64,000 bases of DNA from NCBI GenBank assembly GCA_965649765.1, contig OZ287753.1, forward strand, positions 12,524,001 to 12,588,000, written 5' to 3'. The notes beneath the pieces were generated by a model, which had not been told where the DNA came from, searched no databases, and worked only from the letters and a program-made list of their open reading frames with translations. A program made the translations under genes and the position numbers. Source of the DNA: Bispira polyomma (lineage: Eukaryota). Shown piece after piece: positions 28,761 to 42,110 of this stretch (positions are counted from its first letter, which is position 1; every line of letters starts with the position of its first letter).

Positions 28761-28869
28761 GATGCATAAACAAGGGTTTTTGTTTCATAAACGTTGTTCA
28801 ATTGGTTCATGATGAAAATTCTGATCATGCTTCATGGGTCTCAGAGACCTTAGGAGAATCAGGAGGTAC

Positions 28870-29545
28870 CTTCAAAAATCGGTTGCAATAACTGCAGCAA
28901 ATGCTCTGATTGGTAGCAGGCTGGACTAGTTCAATTCACTGTATCACAGTTTGACCAAAAAGGACCTAAAGAAATTACAATGCATCCAGAACTCATTGGC
29001 ATGTCTGGTCAGTTGTTCTGCTCAGCTTTCAAATGCTTCACCGATTCTGAAGTCACTCTACTGGCTCCCTGTTAGGTATCGATGTGTTTTTAAAACTGCT
29101 ACAATAGTATATAAGTTTCTCGATTCAGGTTTGCCTAAATACTTTGAACCACACTTGAGTTACTGCAAGTGCAATGTGTATACCAGGAGAGCCGCTCCCA
29201 AAAATAGATTCCTTCTTGTTCCAAAATATAAGTCCAAAGTACACAGGTCAAAGGTTTACTTTGATAAAATTTTTGCAAAAGATGCCTCTACCCTATGGAA
29301 TAGTTTGCCTCAACACATTAGGACAGCTCCCTCCCTGTATTCCTTCCGGCGCAGTTTAAAGACCTATCTGTTCAATCATGCATTCCCTCCATAGTCTCTT
29401 TCCCATCCTCGGTGGACGCATTGATGACGACTTCCTTCTGTCTATCACCTATGTTTTTCGACTCTGGCTGTGTTTTTTTTGTGCCTTGGAATTCGTTACA
29501 ACGAAAATAAGCGCTAAAAAAGTCTGATATATTATTATTATTATG
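28870..29545 (+). mobile_element. 5'-truncated CR1/L2-type LINE (family D)
   Basis: ORF 28951-29394 KLQCIQNSLA...LYWLPVRYRCVFK...LWNSLP...LKTYLF; tail hairpin TTCGTT-AC-AACGAA; (ATT)n end. Confidence 0.85.
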
Positions 29546-32500
29546 GTTATCATACCAATACTTTGTTGTCCATGTTGGTGCAAAGTTGCGCAAATGATTC
29601 TTGATGGGTATATCTGTTTTTTTTAGAAAATATATGCCATGCTTATGTCTTTACGATGGCTGTATTGAACAGTTTAAAATGTTCATCAAACCTGTGGAAA
29701 GATGTTTAGTGTTTGAACCGGATGCCGACAGATAAGGACATACACGGAAGGATCTATTTACCACTACTGCACTATTTGCCAAGTTTTAACACAAGCCATA
29801 AAGAGCTACACATTCTTTCCCCATTCATTATCGAATTATATTAAAAATCCATGTCACAACTTTCAAAGCTGCTGTCTCACACAGCTCTCCTCCGTTGCTG
29901 CTCGACTTGCCTTCACTAAAACATCAAGAGAGGAAAGAGACTTTCTGTTTCCACTGTTAAACCCACCAACAGGGCTGGATCCAGAGGTTTTCTCCATCGC
30001 TGTCCTTATGTTATGGAAAAGTCTCCTTGTTGAACTTGGATAACTATAAACACTTTCTGGGCTTAGGAGAAAATTAAAACCCAACTTTTCAAACTCACGT
30101 ACTAACCTAAATTACTTTCTTGCACACCTTCCCTTATTGGTTTATTCATTATGTTATTGTCTGTAGAGGTAAGACCTAGGCAATGTCTGTCAGGTAATCA
30201 GAATCCAAGAAAACTCATCTAGTTAGAATATAAAATAACCTTCCTGTGTAGACTGTATCCTGCATTTTTTTATATATGAATATATATATTCAAATCTTAT
30301 CTGTTTTAACTTTTCTTCTTTTAACCACAAACAAACTATGTTTTTAGACTAAGCTATTACAAAGCTATCTGTATCAATTAAGAGCAGATTGCATCAATAT
30401 CCCTTTAAGATAACTCAGCCGGCCCCAAAAAAGAAGATTGACCTCAGACTAAAAAGCCATTCAAGATACCGAAATGTCTGATTTGAACGTGTCACATCTC
30501 AGACTCCTATATATTTACATACTTAAAGGGCCCACAATGTGTCCCCTATATGGTTTAAGTAGGGCTTTGTACATGGATCCTATACATCATTCAGGATGGA
30601 CATTATCCGAGCTAAGAACTTCCGGGCCTATAAGTTCTGTTACTAAAGCTAATGAAGACAGTCAAAGAATACCCAGGATATGAGGGCTGATGTTTTAAAT
30701 TTTTTTAAAAAAAAAAAATCTCTCATTAATTCCAGCTACATTTATCACACTGGATGAAAATAAGGGGTTTTGGAAAGTCTTTACAAAAAGTTTTACTGAA
30801 TGCTTGAATATATAGAGTTCGAAAATTTTCCTGGATAGCACTTGGGTGGTATCTAGTTCAATTGTGACACCCTCGTTGTGGGATAATTAATTCTAGATTT
30901 ATTTATTTGGTCAGCGATTAAATTGTCGAAAGAAAAGCATATAAATATGTTTTACACCGATTTAAGCTTGACAACTTATAGAATAACACATTGTGGCTAA
31001 TATGGCTTCAAGGGAATGGAAAAAGACTGTGGGTGGGTGGGGGTAGCCTGTCATGCCGGGCAGTTCTTCTTCTGTCTTTACGATTTCATAACTAGTAGTG
31101 TAATACACAAGGTCATTTTACATGGAGGAGACAAAGGGGAAAAGATGATATGTCACATAAACAAGTTACTTGTTGCCTTTTTTAATATTTAAAACGTAAA
31201 ATGCTTTAAAACTTCTGGAGCCCCTAGACTTCACATACGCTGACTATTTCTAAAAGAAAGGGTGGTTCTGTTTGTGAAAATGACATATAAAGTATTTGAC
31301 TTTTTTGTACTCAAAAATCAATCTGCAAATGACATGTCTTTATTTGTTGTCCAGTCAACTATAGGCGCATATATTTCTGAAACAAGAGTTATCTTTTTAA
31401 AAACACACGCACAGTGTGAACTACATTCACGGTGATATAGCCACTATATAATCTCAGGTAAATCTGACACCCCTCCATTTTGGATGGGTCGATTGCTTCC
31501 AACCAATCCATCGAGGCCTTAGGTATTATTTATAAGATGACGGCGCCATTTTCAAATTGAAAACAAATATCAGGCTGTGCCTGATAAAAAAAATCTATTT
31601 CTGTCTCTATCGTTTATAGTCTGTCTAAATATAGCAATATGGCAGACAATTTACCCCCAATACTAACCCATAACCACGACTCCCACCACCTCCCCCTAAG
31701 CTCACAATGGGCTTCTACTTGTTCAAAACCCTGAATAAATCAGATAAATCGGGGCCTCCAAGTGCTGCACAAGGGATGCATAGATCAGTATCGGTAGATC
31801 GAGTTTCCACCCCTTTTCTCTCTGGAGCTAAATGGATTACTGACATGATCTGACTCCATGACAGCAACAATGGTGTGATATACTAACTCCACCACTCAAA
31901 CCCCTCATGTTTATAGCAGTGGATGCATTTTGTGTATGCAATGCTGCGTGTCTCTGTGTGGTTTAATTAACAAAATGGGTATTTTTATTGTCTGAAGAAA
32001 GAGCGAAAATAATATAGTTATCACGGTGATTGTAGTCATGAGATTTTTTTTAACGGCAGACGACTTTTGACTCGTATGCACTGGGCAAATAAAGGAGCGG
32101 CCTGACTTTGAAAAGCTATTTATCAGAGAGACTAAAAGTAGCAAGTATATATTAACCAATGTAAAATATTTAGTAATTTAACATTGAAAACTCAAATTTG
32201 TTATCAGTATGGGCAGAAACATTAAACAAATCAAAACCTACCAGATGCCTAAATTTTAGCTGGGTGTACTACTGTTTAAAATTTCTGGGGAACTCACTTC
32301 TAGTTATTTTCACTTTTGGATCATTTGTTATTTGAAAAATATGAAACAACTAGATTTTATTGCAATACTTTGAAATAGTATCTCATCTGTCTTAATGATG
32401 TTGTTATATTTGCCAAGGAGGTTTTTTGTACCTACATTTATTGGTTGGTTTATTTGTCACCAAAATATCACAAAAACTACTGAACCAATTGACATGAAAT

Positions 32501-33194
32501 TTTCTGGAGGGGTGGGGAGGCAGTAGGGGGGGAAGAGGCATGGGCCTAGAAAGAAACAATTACATTGTGGAGTGGATCTGAGTAGAAAAGCAGATCCCCA
32601 AAAATGACACTGGCTTCGTATTCACTATCGACTTCTGTTTAAAGTGCACGTGACCACTTTCAAATCTACTACCTTGCTCCTTACCTTTCCTTTAGCAACC
32701 TTAAGAGGAGAAATAGGCTCTCTGTTTTATCCTGTAAGACCCAATAAGAAGGCAGGATCCAGAGCTTTCTCTTCCCATGCCCCTATGTTATGGATTGGTC
32801 TTGAAACACTATCTGGGTTTAGAACAAAAGTTTAAAAGCCATCTCTATCCCTGTACACCCCGACATTCTTTCTTATGACCTTGGCTATGTTTTTTAACTT
32901 CCCTGTTGGTTTACTGACTCTGTTGTTACTCTTTAGAAGATGCCTAGCATCAATAAGACATGTTATGTTATTTACCACATAAGCGGAGATATGCACTCCA
33001 CTGAGTGCCCTTCTAAGTTTCTCTTTCTGTTCATTCCATCACTCTTATCCTTCATCTATGAAGCTGTTAATGATCCCATCAGTTACCAATTGTCTGGAGA
33101 TTACCGCTCTAATGAAAACTCACTCTTAATAGGAATCCACACTTCTTAGCATGTAGAAGAATTAGGACAAGTCACATCAACTCAATTTACACCA

Positions 33195-33660
33195 CTTGGA
33201 TAGGCAAGGCCAAGCTTATTTAATTGAATGATTTAAGGCTTCTAGAATATCAGGCTAGTCAAAAGGCGAAGCTTATTTAATTAAATGATATAAGGTTTCT
33301 GAAATCTTAAGGCAACAAGGTCAAGCTTTATTTAATCAATTGAGTTAAGGCTTCTATAATCTTAGGCTTTGGGTCAAACTTATTTGATTAAATTATTTTT
33401 AGGATCTTTTAGCATCTTAGTCTAGATAAGGCTAAGCATATTTAATAAAAGGATTTAAGGTTTATAGAATCTTAGTCTGGGCAATAACAAGCTTTTTTAA
33501 TTAAATGATTTAAGGCTTCTAGAATCTTAAGCTAGATAAGGCTAAGCTTATTTAGTTTAATGATCTTAGGCTAGACATGGCTAAGCTTATTTAATTTAAT
33601 GACTTAGTGCTTCTAGAATGTTTGGCTTGGCTGAGGACTAAACTTGATTAATTAAAGGAT
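33195..33660. repeat. Degenerate tandem repeat, about 55-bp unit
   Basis: AAGCTTATTTAATT.AATGATTTAAGGCTTCTAGAATCTTAGGCTAG recurring about 8 times. Confidence 0.8.
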
Positions 33661-34169
33661 TCAAGAATTTGATCTCAATGGGAAGAAATTGTTATTTAAT
33701 AAATAAATTGATGTTGTTGCACTGAAAAGATGCTTCACATCAATAAAGCAAGTTTAAAATGCAAAATACAAAATAACATCCGAGAGCTAGTGATGTATAA
33801 AGTAATTTTGATAATTGTGAATACTAAAACACACCCCCCTCCAAAATACAGTTGATTGAAATTTTATTTGACCTTTAACTTGAAATTGTATTATTTTTTT
33901 ATATTATAAACATATTATCATAGATAAATAATAAAATATGCAAATTTAAAAAATAATTACAAGTTATTATTGTATTATGTATATTAAATATTATTTTGTT
34001 AAGGCACCTACCAAAGCACAACATCCAAAACAATGGACAAAAAGAGAATCTCTAAAATATCACCTCGGCATCAGCAGAGATGCAACCTATGAACATAAAA
34101 CAAGTTTGGGTTGATAACAAGCTTAAAAGCAATTAATGATTTAAATTATCTCTATTAAACTGAACAAGA

Positions 34170-34390
34170 GTTGTCTTCTTAAAAATGATAGTGGTGCACT
34201 GTGTGAAATACACTAACGTTGATATGGCCACTATATACTCAGACAGGCTGCTCCTGATAACAATAAATCTGACACCCCTCACTTTGGCTGAGTCGATTGC
34301 TTTTAACCTATCCATGAAGGCCTTACATATTTTTTTAATGGTGGCACCTTTTGCAGAATGAAAACGATAACAGGCTTAACCTGATAAATA
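34170..34390 (+). repeat. About 220-bp dispersed repeat family (representative copy)
   Basis: gatatggccactatatactcag...ctgacacccctca.tttgg..g.gtcgattgct..caacc...aggc...cctgataaa. Also at about 1075-1345(-), 20860-20975, 21715-21815, 31390-31590, 39975-40225, 52225-52410(-) and 55065-55220. Confidence 0.75.
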
Positions 34391-34642
34391 AGGATTTGTC
34401 GCTATACAGAGAGGTTCTTCCATAAACATAGTAATGGCCCAAATTTATAATCAAAACTATTCAGTGCTGTGTTTAAAGGTTTCCTTATTAAATGGGGATA
34501 AGCTACTAGGCATGTTAGCATTCATTTTAATAGAGTTTTTAGTGTTTTATTCGTGCAAAGAGATACAGAAGGAAGTATTTATAGGTATTTATTGTGAGTT
34601 CATGACAAAGACGTCTGATAAATATACAGGCTTTAGAGTAAT

Positions 34643-35982
34643 GGCCTCGTCACACCTACATGTGCATGGCTGCTAAAAATGTAGTAGTTTTTGAGGTTGC
34701 GACTTTTCGATGCATAACTGCTTCTGATGTTTGTGACGTTTCTATGATGTTTTGATGATAAATATGCCACAGATATACAAAAACTACTGTACTAAAACTG
34801 TATTCATGGTAAAATAGTATTGAATCAATGTCATGTTCGTCTTTAAAATCTTTTGAAATAATTTACATGCTAAACCTGTATTTTGTGTATTTATTAAATT
34901 GTCACTAATAAGCCCATAGGGGCTGGGAACTACTGTTCTGTTTCTGTTATTGTTATTACACATTGATATGTTCTAGTGACAGAAATAAACGAATAAACTA
35001 AAAAAAACTAACTTATAACTGCATACTACTAGGAACAGGTACTTACTGCTACGTTGTGTTACTTCTCGAGAAAGTGTAGAAACGAAGAGCTCTTGTCACG
35101 ATTGTTTCAAACAGTTTAAAACAAAAGTAACAGCAGACCAAACGGAGACGTTTCTGGAATGATATCATCCATTAAGTAACGTCACGGAACGAATGCACCA
35201 GCGATCCTCACTTTGGCATTACCTTCTACGACGTTTCACAACAGTTCAAAACGTCACACACATGTAGCTCCAGCAACGGAGTGTAGGTGTGACCAGGGCC
35301 CGTATTCGCCCGCTCAATTCTCAAGTTTTGGTCTCAACTTTGAGACCAAAGACAGTCTCAGACAGGGTAGGTATTCACAAAAGAGTTGAGACCAAATTTA
35401 AATTTAGTTTTAAATTTGGTCTCAAAGTTAAGACTGGTTGGGAGGTGTCTCAAGTATTTAACAAAAAGTCTCAAGCATTATTCTGTAGAAATAGAGGCCA
35501 ATACTAATTGTTTAAATGATGTAAAATAAACTTGAGATATTCCATTTTTTGTTACTGCACATATAATTCAAATATATGTTAAATAACAACCAAAACATTT
35601 GCCTCAAAAAATGCCCCACTTTGAGACTCTTATACAACACTTTTTGGCTTCATAGCAACCGCTCAAGTAGATCATGTGATGGTAAATATTAATAAATTAA
35701 TACACTACATGCTTATTTTTTTTTTCGCTAAAATGTATGTTACAAATCTTTTTTGAAATTATAGTAGACAAATACTAAAATTTTTGATGAAATATTGCCT
35801 AATATTCAAACAGTATGTTTGTTTACATTTTATTGATTTGAGATTTGGTCTCAGTTTAGTCAGCTGAGACCTTTTCTGTGAATAGCAACTTGAGACTTTG
35901 TCTCAGCTGAGACTAAATCTCAAATCTGAGATCACTTTTTGTCTCAGACTTAAGACCTCTTTGTGAATACGGGCCCAGACTT
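34643..35982. mobile_element. Older Harbinger-like MITE whose right TIR is interrupted by a younger MITE
   Basis: Left GGCCTCGTCACACCTACA; right TGTAGGTGTGAC[CAG-insert-CAG]ACT; TAA/TTA flanks. Confidence 0.55.
35297..35975. mobile_element. PIF/Harbinger-type MITE
   Basis: Perfect TIR GGCCCGTATTC / GAATACGGGCC with CAG 3-bp TSD on both sides; internal gtctca/tgagac subrepeats. Confidence 0.8.
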
Positions 35983-36022
35983 TAAGCAACTGAAAATCCA
36001 GTAGTTACACACGACAATTGAA

Positions 36023-36073
<51 letters not shown>

Positions 36074-36258
36074 CCTAAAGAGTAAAGGTTGATTCTAAAT
36101 AAAACTTAAGTAAGTGGCGTTTCCAAAATAACAATTTACTTTACTTAATGTACCCTCGTTCCCATGCCAAGCATTATTATGATATAGTGTGGGATTTTCA
36201 CTTACTTGGATTCTAAGTGAAACTTAAGTTAGTGGATTTTTGAGAGTGACAATGTAAA

Positions 36259-38147
36259 AGCCCCAGTCACGCTGCAGCTACAAGCTTTAAAGACCATCTA
36301 TGATACAATTATAGCCAAGAACAGTAAAGACTGTATGAGACCAAAGACCAAGGTCTTACTAATTCTTAGGGGCTGAAATTTCTTTTGCCGACTATTGTAC
36401 GACTAGACCAGTCTTAAGGTCATCGTAAGAAAGTATTGGTCTAACAAATGTCTTGTGAATGTATAAGATAACTAGACCTAGATGCATATTTGTATCCACC
36501 AGAAAGACAAAGCACCCTAGATAGCAAGCACCTTAGGTACCAAGCACCCTAGCTAGCACCCAGGTGCTTTAAAGTTTGGTCTACCCGTTTGACCTTGCAC
36601 GATGGATCCAAGGTTAAATCTGACCACAGCAAAAGATCAGCAGTCCATCTGTCCTATAGGTTGGTTTCACATGCAAAAACTTTACGACCAATAATATGCG
36701 AGATATAGGCACTTTTAAGTTTGACCAAGACTGACCTTGAACGAGAGGCCAAAGGTCAAATTGAACCTCATCAAAAGATTCTAAGGCCTTGATTTCGTAC
36801 AGGTTGGTTTCACATTTGAAACCTGTAGGACCAATAATAAGCGATATTTTCATTTGACCTTGAACGAGGGGCCCAAGGTCAAATCAGAGTATATGTAAAG
36901 ATTCCCAGCCCATGAATTTATATAGATTGGTTTTGCACTCCAAACCTGTCGGACCAATAATAAGCTATAGGCACTTTTAAGTTTGGCCATCCGCATTTAA
37001 CCTTGAACAAGGGGCCCAAGCTCAAATTGGACTACATTAAAAGATTCCCAGCCCATGATTTCCTATAGGTTGGTTTCACATCCAAAACCTGTTTGACCAA
37101 AAATAGGTGAGATATAGGCAGTTTTAGGTTTGGCCATCCCTGTTTGACCTTGAAGGAGAGGGCCAAGGTCAAATGTGAGCACATCAACAGATTCCCTGCT
37201 TATGATTTTCTGTAGATTGGTTTCAGATCCCAAACCTATAGGGCCAATATTAAGTGAGGTATAGGCACTTTAAAGTTTCACCATCCTCTTTTGACCTTGA
37301 ATGAGGGACCCAAAGTCAAATCGGACCACATGAAAAGATTCCCAACCCATGATTTCCTATAGGTTTGTTTGAGATCCCAAACCTCTAGGACTAATAATAA
37401 GTGCCAGGACATATATATTCATTAACATATCACCCATAAAGAGATCAACCTTCTACAGCTGAGAAACAGACACAGTAAAAAGCCTAATTATTTTCGAAGA
37501 AATGCCCGTGGCGGCCATCTTGTTTGTCAAAATGAGGCCAAAATTATTCCCAGGCAAGGTTTTGTAATAAAGAACATTTTCTGTAAATGTCAGGAGCCTA
37601 GGTGTAAAAGTTTTCCAGGACAGCGGTAACGGTAAAATCTCTACACACACTTATGCGGCTGCGGCAGCGGCGGCAGCGTAACGATGACTAATCCATAGTA
37701 TCCACCAAAGATTACTTCGGTGGATACAATTAGAGACAGGTTGCAGTCCATTGTATGACCATGTCCAATGTTTTAAAGATCATTTAAAATTTTGAGGATC
37801 ATTGAACAAAGAAACTATCGTTTGGTGGTGATCGGTGATTGGTTATTGTATTTTGTGCAAGTAGTTAATGTCACTAAGTGACCATTGTTTGCTGAGTGAT
37901 TCCTGAGCAGTCTCTTAAGAAAGCTAATGTTTGTGTTGGAAGTTGGTGGGATCGGTCACTAGTTAGGACGTTGCGCGCAATAGTTGCCGTCAATGAGCGA
38001 CTACTTGGCAATTACTGGGATGTTTTCTTAGCCAATTAAAGACAACCTTAGCTTAATCTTTGTACAACTTATTCTAAGGCGTGACAAACCTAAGCATTAA
38101 TCAACAATCTGTCTTCGGCAGCTCGTAACAGCTGTGTGACTGGGGCT
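36259..38147. mobile_element. Harbinger-like MITE hosting a nested Helentron-associated element
   Basis: TIR AGCCCCAGTCAC / GTGACTGGGGCT with AAA/ATA flanks. Confidence 0.65.
36471..37730 (+). mobile_element. Helentron-associated non-autonomous element (DINE-1/pearl-like) with about 147-bp tandem core repeats
   Basis: ACTAG start; sub-TIR TGTATCCACC (36491) / GGTGGATACA (37719); about 5.5 core repeats with period 147 (ataggca at 36967, 37114, 37261); (GCG)n-like microsatellite near 37655-37680; 3' hairpin GTATCCACC...GGTGGATAC. Confidence 0.75.
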
Positions 38148-39577
38148 ATAATAAGTAAAACTTTGTCAAGTGAAAAACCATACTTTTTTACTAAAGTGAG
38201 TGACAAAAAAGATTCACTTAGAAAACATAAACTAGGAGTAATCTTAGTGTCTATTGTCTATTGACGACGAATGGAGAAAATATTTTGTGTTTATCCTGGA
38301 TCCTAAAATAATTGCATCAACAGTTTTGATTTTTTTTTTCTCTCTATGTTCTCTTTATAGTACAATTTGTCAGGAAAGGCTGGGCACATGTTTATATTTA
38401 CTTTAGCACTCACCACATATTTACTAGCTTAGTTTTATAGTGTGAATTGCTCCCACAAACTATATGGATTTTCCTACTTTGACACAATCAAACTAACCAT
38501 AGTTTGCATGACATTCTAGTCATTCCAGCAATTATTTTAATAAACTGCTTTGGAATATTAAAACATCATTTCTTCCAGTGAAAATGTTAACCTGTGTTAA
38601 TATCTTAGTTAAAATTTAGCCAATATATAGTGACAATTTATTTTACTCTGAACAGTTCAAATTTCATTAAAATTAACTGACATTTTTAAATCTATTACTC
38701 ATAATTTGTGTCCTTTAGATTAATGATTGGACAGAGACAAAACTCCATTGCATTGTATTGTTTGTGCACATTTAATGAGACTTATTGATGTAAGGCATCT
38801 TTTTATGTGCAACAACAGAATCAATTAACCAATATCAGATCACATAGCCATGCCCATGCGGTAAGGAAGGATGTGGGGTGTAAAAGGAGGGAGTTAAGGT
38901 TGTTTGCTATAATTTTTTTTACACCACAGATTTTCAAAAAAAAAAAATGAATGAAAAGCTTTATTCATATGTTGAACAGAAATATCCCAAAAACTGTGTC
39001 ACACCAGGGTCTTTCAAAACCTACAGAACTTTGAATATGGTATGTATTTGCATTTATTTGCCTATTGTTTTCAATGGAAAAGCCTGTTTTAGGAAAGAAA
39101 AATTCCATAAAAAGTTACTTTAAAAAAATTTCACCCCACAGAATTTGATTTTTTTTTCTCCCCAGTTGTGGTATATTTTGAATTCTAACTAAATATAAGA
39201 AAACAGGGAGTCACCGTCTACTGATCTAAGGTAAACTGGGAGACTAATCTGTAAGTAGAATTTAAACTTATGTTGTCTTTAACTGGTATATATACTAATT
39301 TGCAGTGCAATGTTTATTAAATTGATTCTGTGTGCCGTATTAGTATCAATAGAAGAATGACACCTAAAAAGCTGAATATAATTTTCAAAAAAGTGAAATA
39401 AACAACAAGGCTTAGTTTGGCAATTCCCAGCAGTAGGCCATCACATCAATACCTATATTATGCAGAAATTGTAGTGACCTTAAGGTTATAAAGCTTACCA
39501 TAGTCCATACTAATAGTCATTTGATTCATAATTAATGACAAAAATTATTAGAAGCTCTCAATGAATATCTCAGACAT

Positions 39578-39850
39578 AGTGGTCTCTGTGGTCTAGTGGT
39601 TAGAGTGTCAGACTTGAATCTAAGTGCCCCGGTTTGATCCTTGCTGCGGGCCTGGAGATTGTGCCCTTGCACAAGGTGCTTTACACAAAGGTGTCCCTCT
39701 TTACCCAGGTGTATAAATGGGTACCTGGCCACTCTTTGGTGTTAGTCTTTGTGCATCGCAGGTGGCAGAACGGCTATGCTTCTTGTGGGAGCTGAGACTA
39801 AACAATTGGTTGACAGGTAAAAAAACCCAGGCTGGGTGTGTAAACTTTCG
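39578..39850 (+). mobile_element. tRNA-derived SINE (family 3)
   Basis: tRNA-like head TGGTCTAGTGG...GGTTTGATCC followed by gtgcccttg.acaagg..ctttac and cccaggtgtataaatgggtacc, a core common in invertebrate SINEs. Confidence 0.65.
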
Positions 39851-41699
39851 GCAGAGACCTCAATAGATGTTGATGAAGTCATAATTTTGTAGTGAATGAA
39901 ACCTTTTAGAAAGAAGAAGCTGTGGCTTTAGTCAGTCAGAATATTAAAAGCCAGAGAGGAGTTGAAAAACAACAACAGTTGTCTTTTTAAAAATACATTG
40001 GTCCACAGTGTGACCAACATCCCTCAGTTTGACCCGGCCGATTGCTTCAAACCAAACCACGAAGGGGCTTACGTACTATTTTTTCAACATGGCAGCTGTG
40101 CATGATAATTAACCAATCCCTTAATTCATTACATATTGTTGCTAAGAGTGCGGCACCCTTTTCAATTTTTTAGCAGAGCCCTTTTCAGAATAAAAATGAA
40201 TCAGGCTGAGCCTGATAAAAAAACATAACAGCGGTTGTCTATTGTAAAGCAAGAAAACAAACTTGAATACAAGCAGACCATTATGAACCCTGTTAAGTGT
40301 TAACGGTCTTTCTTTTGGTGGCAGCAGACGATTGTTAATGGCCTTAACTTCCTGTTTGACAAGTAGAAAACACTGATGGCGGCCGGAAGTCAAGACTAGA
40401 TTGTCGGTTTCCTTTTTTATAGTTTTCCCCCTTGTGAAAGAAGGGAAAAGATTTTTAAGTTCTGTGGTTTACTTTTTTGTTACATTCTTTTGTGATTTCT
40501 TTCCTCTTTTGTAAGTCACATTTTTGTAGCTTGTATTGCAATGATTGTGCAAAACTGAATCTAACACAAAATTTTCTGATGAATAGTTTATTAGATAGGC
40601 AAGTAGTCTGGAATAACACTCACAAATTCTAGAAAAAACATATCGTGACAAATAATATAAGAATAATGTTCTTGTATAAAGTGTGAGAAAATAAAAAAAC
40701 CTTATTTTTTTAGACAGAATTGTAGATATTCTTAACTACACAAGTGAACCTCCATATAAATATATATGTAGACATAAGACTTAATTTTTTATAGTGACAT
40801 GTTTAGCATGATCATTAACATATATTGACTGAATAAAATAAAAATACAAAATACCTTGCACATATAGATTTATATAAGGTGACTTTATAACATATAATAT
40901 CTAACGCATGTGTACATATAATCACTATAATTATACAAGTGTATGGTTAATTATTTCTCAGTATTCCTATATTATTTGTCACTACATGTTATATCTAGAA
41001 TTTGTAAGTAGATGTGTATATATTATCATTTATAAAATGCATCTTTTTAAGAAGTGTTTTTAATCTCACAATTACTTTTCTTTTTCATCAGTTAAAACAT
41101 AATTAAAATTCTAATTTTGTTTTAAATCTTCAATTAATTTGACGCAAAACAACTTTACCCTTTTGTATCTTTACCTTTTTTTCTCTCAGAGTAACAAAAC
41201 AACTCGGTGTTGACGTACTTTAGTATTTTGTATTCACAGTTTCTCACCAACAAAGTAACCACCAACAAAGTAACCCCCTATTCCCATCAAAATGAAAACC
41301 CAAAAAAACTATGTCTCCAAGAAAAACAATATATATCAAAGCGGGGAGTGCTTAATCGAATTGTGTGGTACAGATACAAGTTGGCATGCTATTGACGTGT
41401 CACAGTTACATCTTTGACAGCCTAAAGTATGTGACTGTCGGATTTGTATCTTAGCAAGAAAATCTTTTTGTGTCACTCCCTTTGTAATTAATGGAAGAGT
41501 CTTGTCTTAATTGGACAAGTGTGTTGTCTCCTCTGGCTATAATTAAGTCTGTCATCTTTGGCTTTTGAATGGATTTCTGCTTTGGCTAAAAAACAGGGCA
41601 ACATCAGCAAAAACTCTAGGTCACAGCTTTTACCAATCTGTGGCGTTATGTAATTATTTAAAAGGACTTTTGTAATTAAAAATTTGCATTATTGTATTA

Positions 41700-42110
41700 T
41701 GCATTTACAACATGCTTTATTAATGCCAGGCATCTTATAAAACGCAACATAATCAGCTGACCATGGAGAAGTTCCCCAAAAAAACATAGCAAGGTCGTAA
41801 CAAAAGATGTGGGGGTGTACATAAAAAGAGAATTAAGGGGGATAAGAGACTTTTTTTTCTAAGCCCAGAAACTGTTTCGAGTGATCTAACCTCAATGGGG
41901 AGACTATTCCATAATATACAGGAGGCAACAGAGGAACCTCTAGATCCAGCTCTCTTTGTAGGTTTTAAAGAGGAAACAGAAAGTCTCTTTCCCCTCTTAA
42001 AAGGCGAGCAGCAAGGTAGGAGGACGGTTGTTGAGAGATAACAGCTTAAATGGTTACATGGATTTTAAACAAAATTCAATAATAAATAGGAAGTCAATGT
42101 AATTATTTTA
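41700..42110 (-). mobile_element. Short 3' LINE fragment of the abundant family T (representative copy)
   Basis: GSRAFS..P.LWNSL-coding remnant plus the GCGCTTTAGAAGATGCCT.GCATCAATAAGGCGCG tail. Other copies at about 15295, 22130-22445, 29840-30150, 32620-32965, 33710, 38760-38900(-), 43925-43985(-), 50550-50790, 51805-52050(-), 55940-56130(-) and 56340-56430. Confidence 0.75.
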
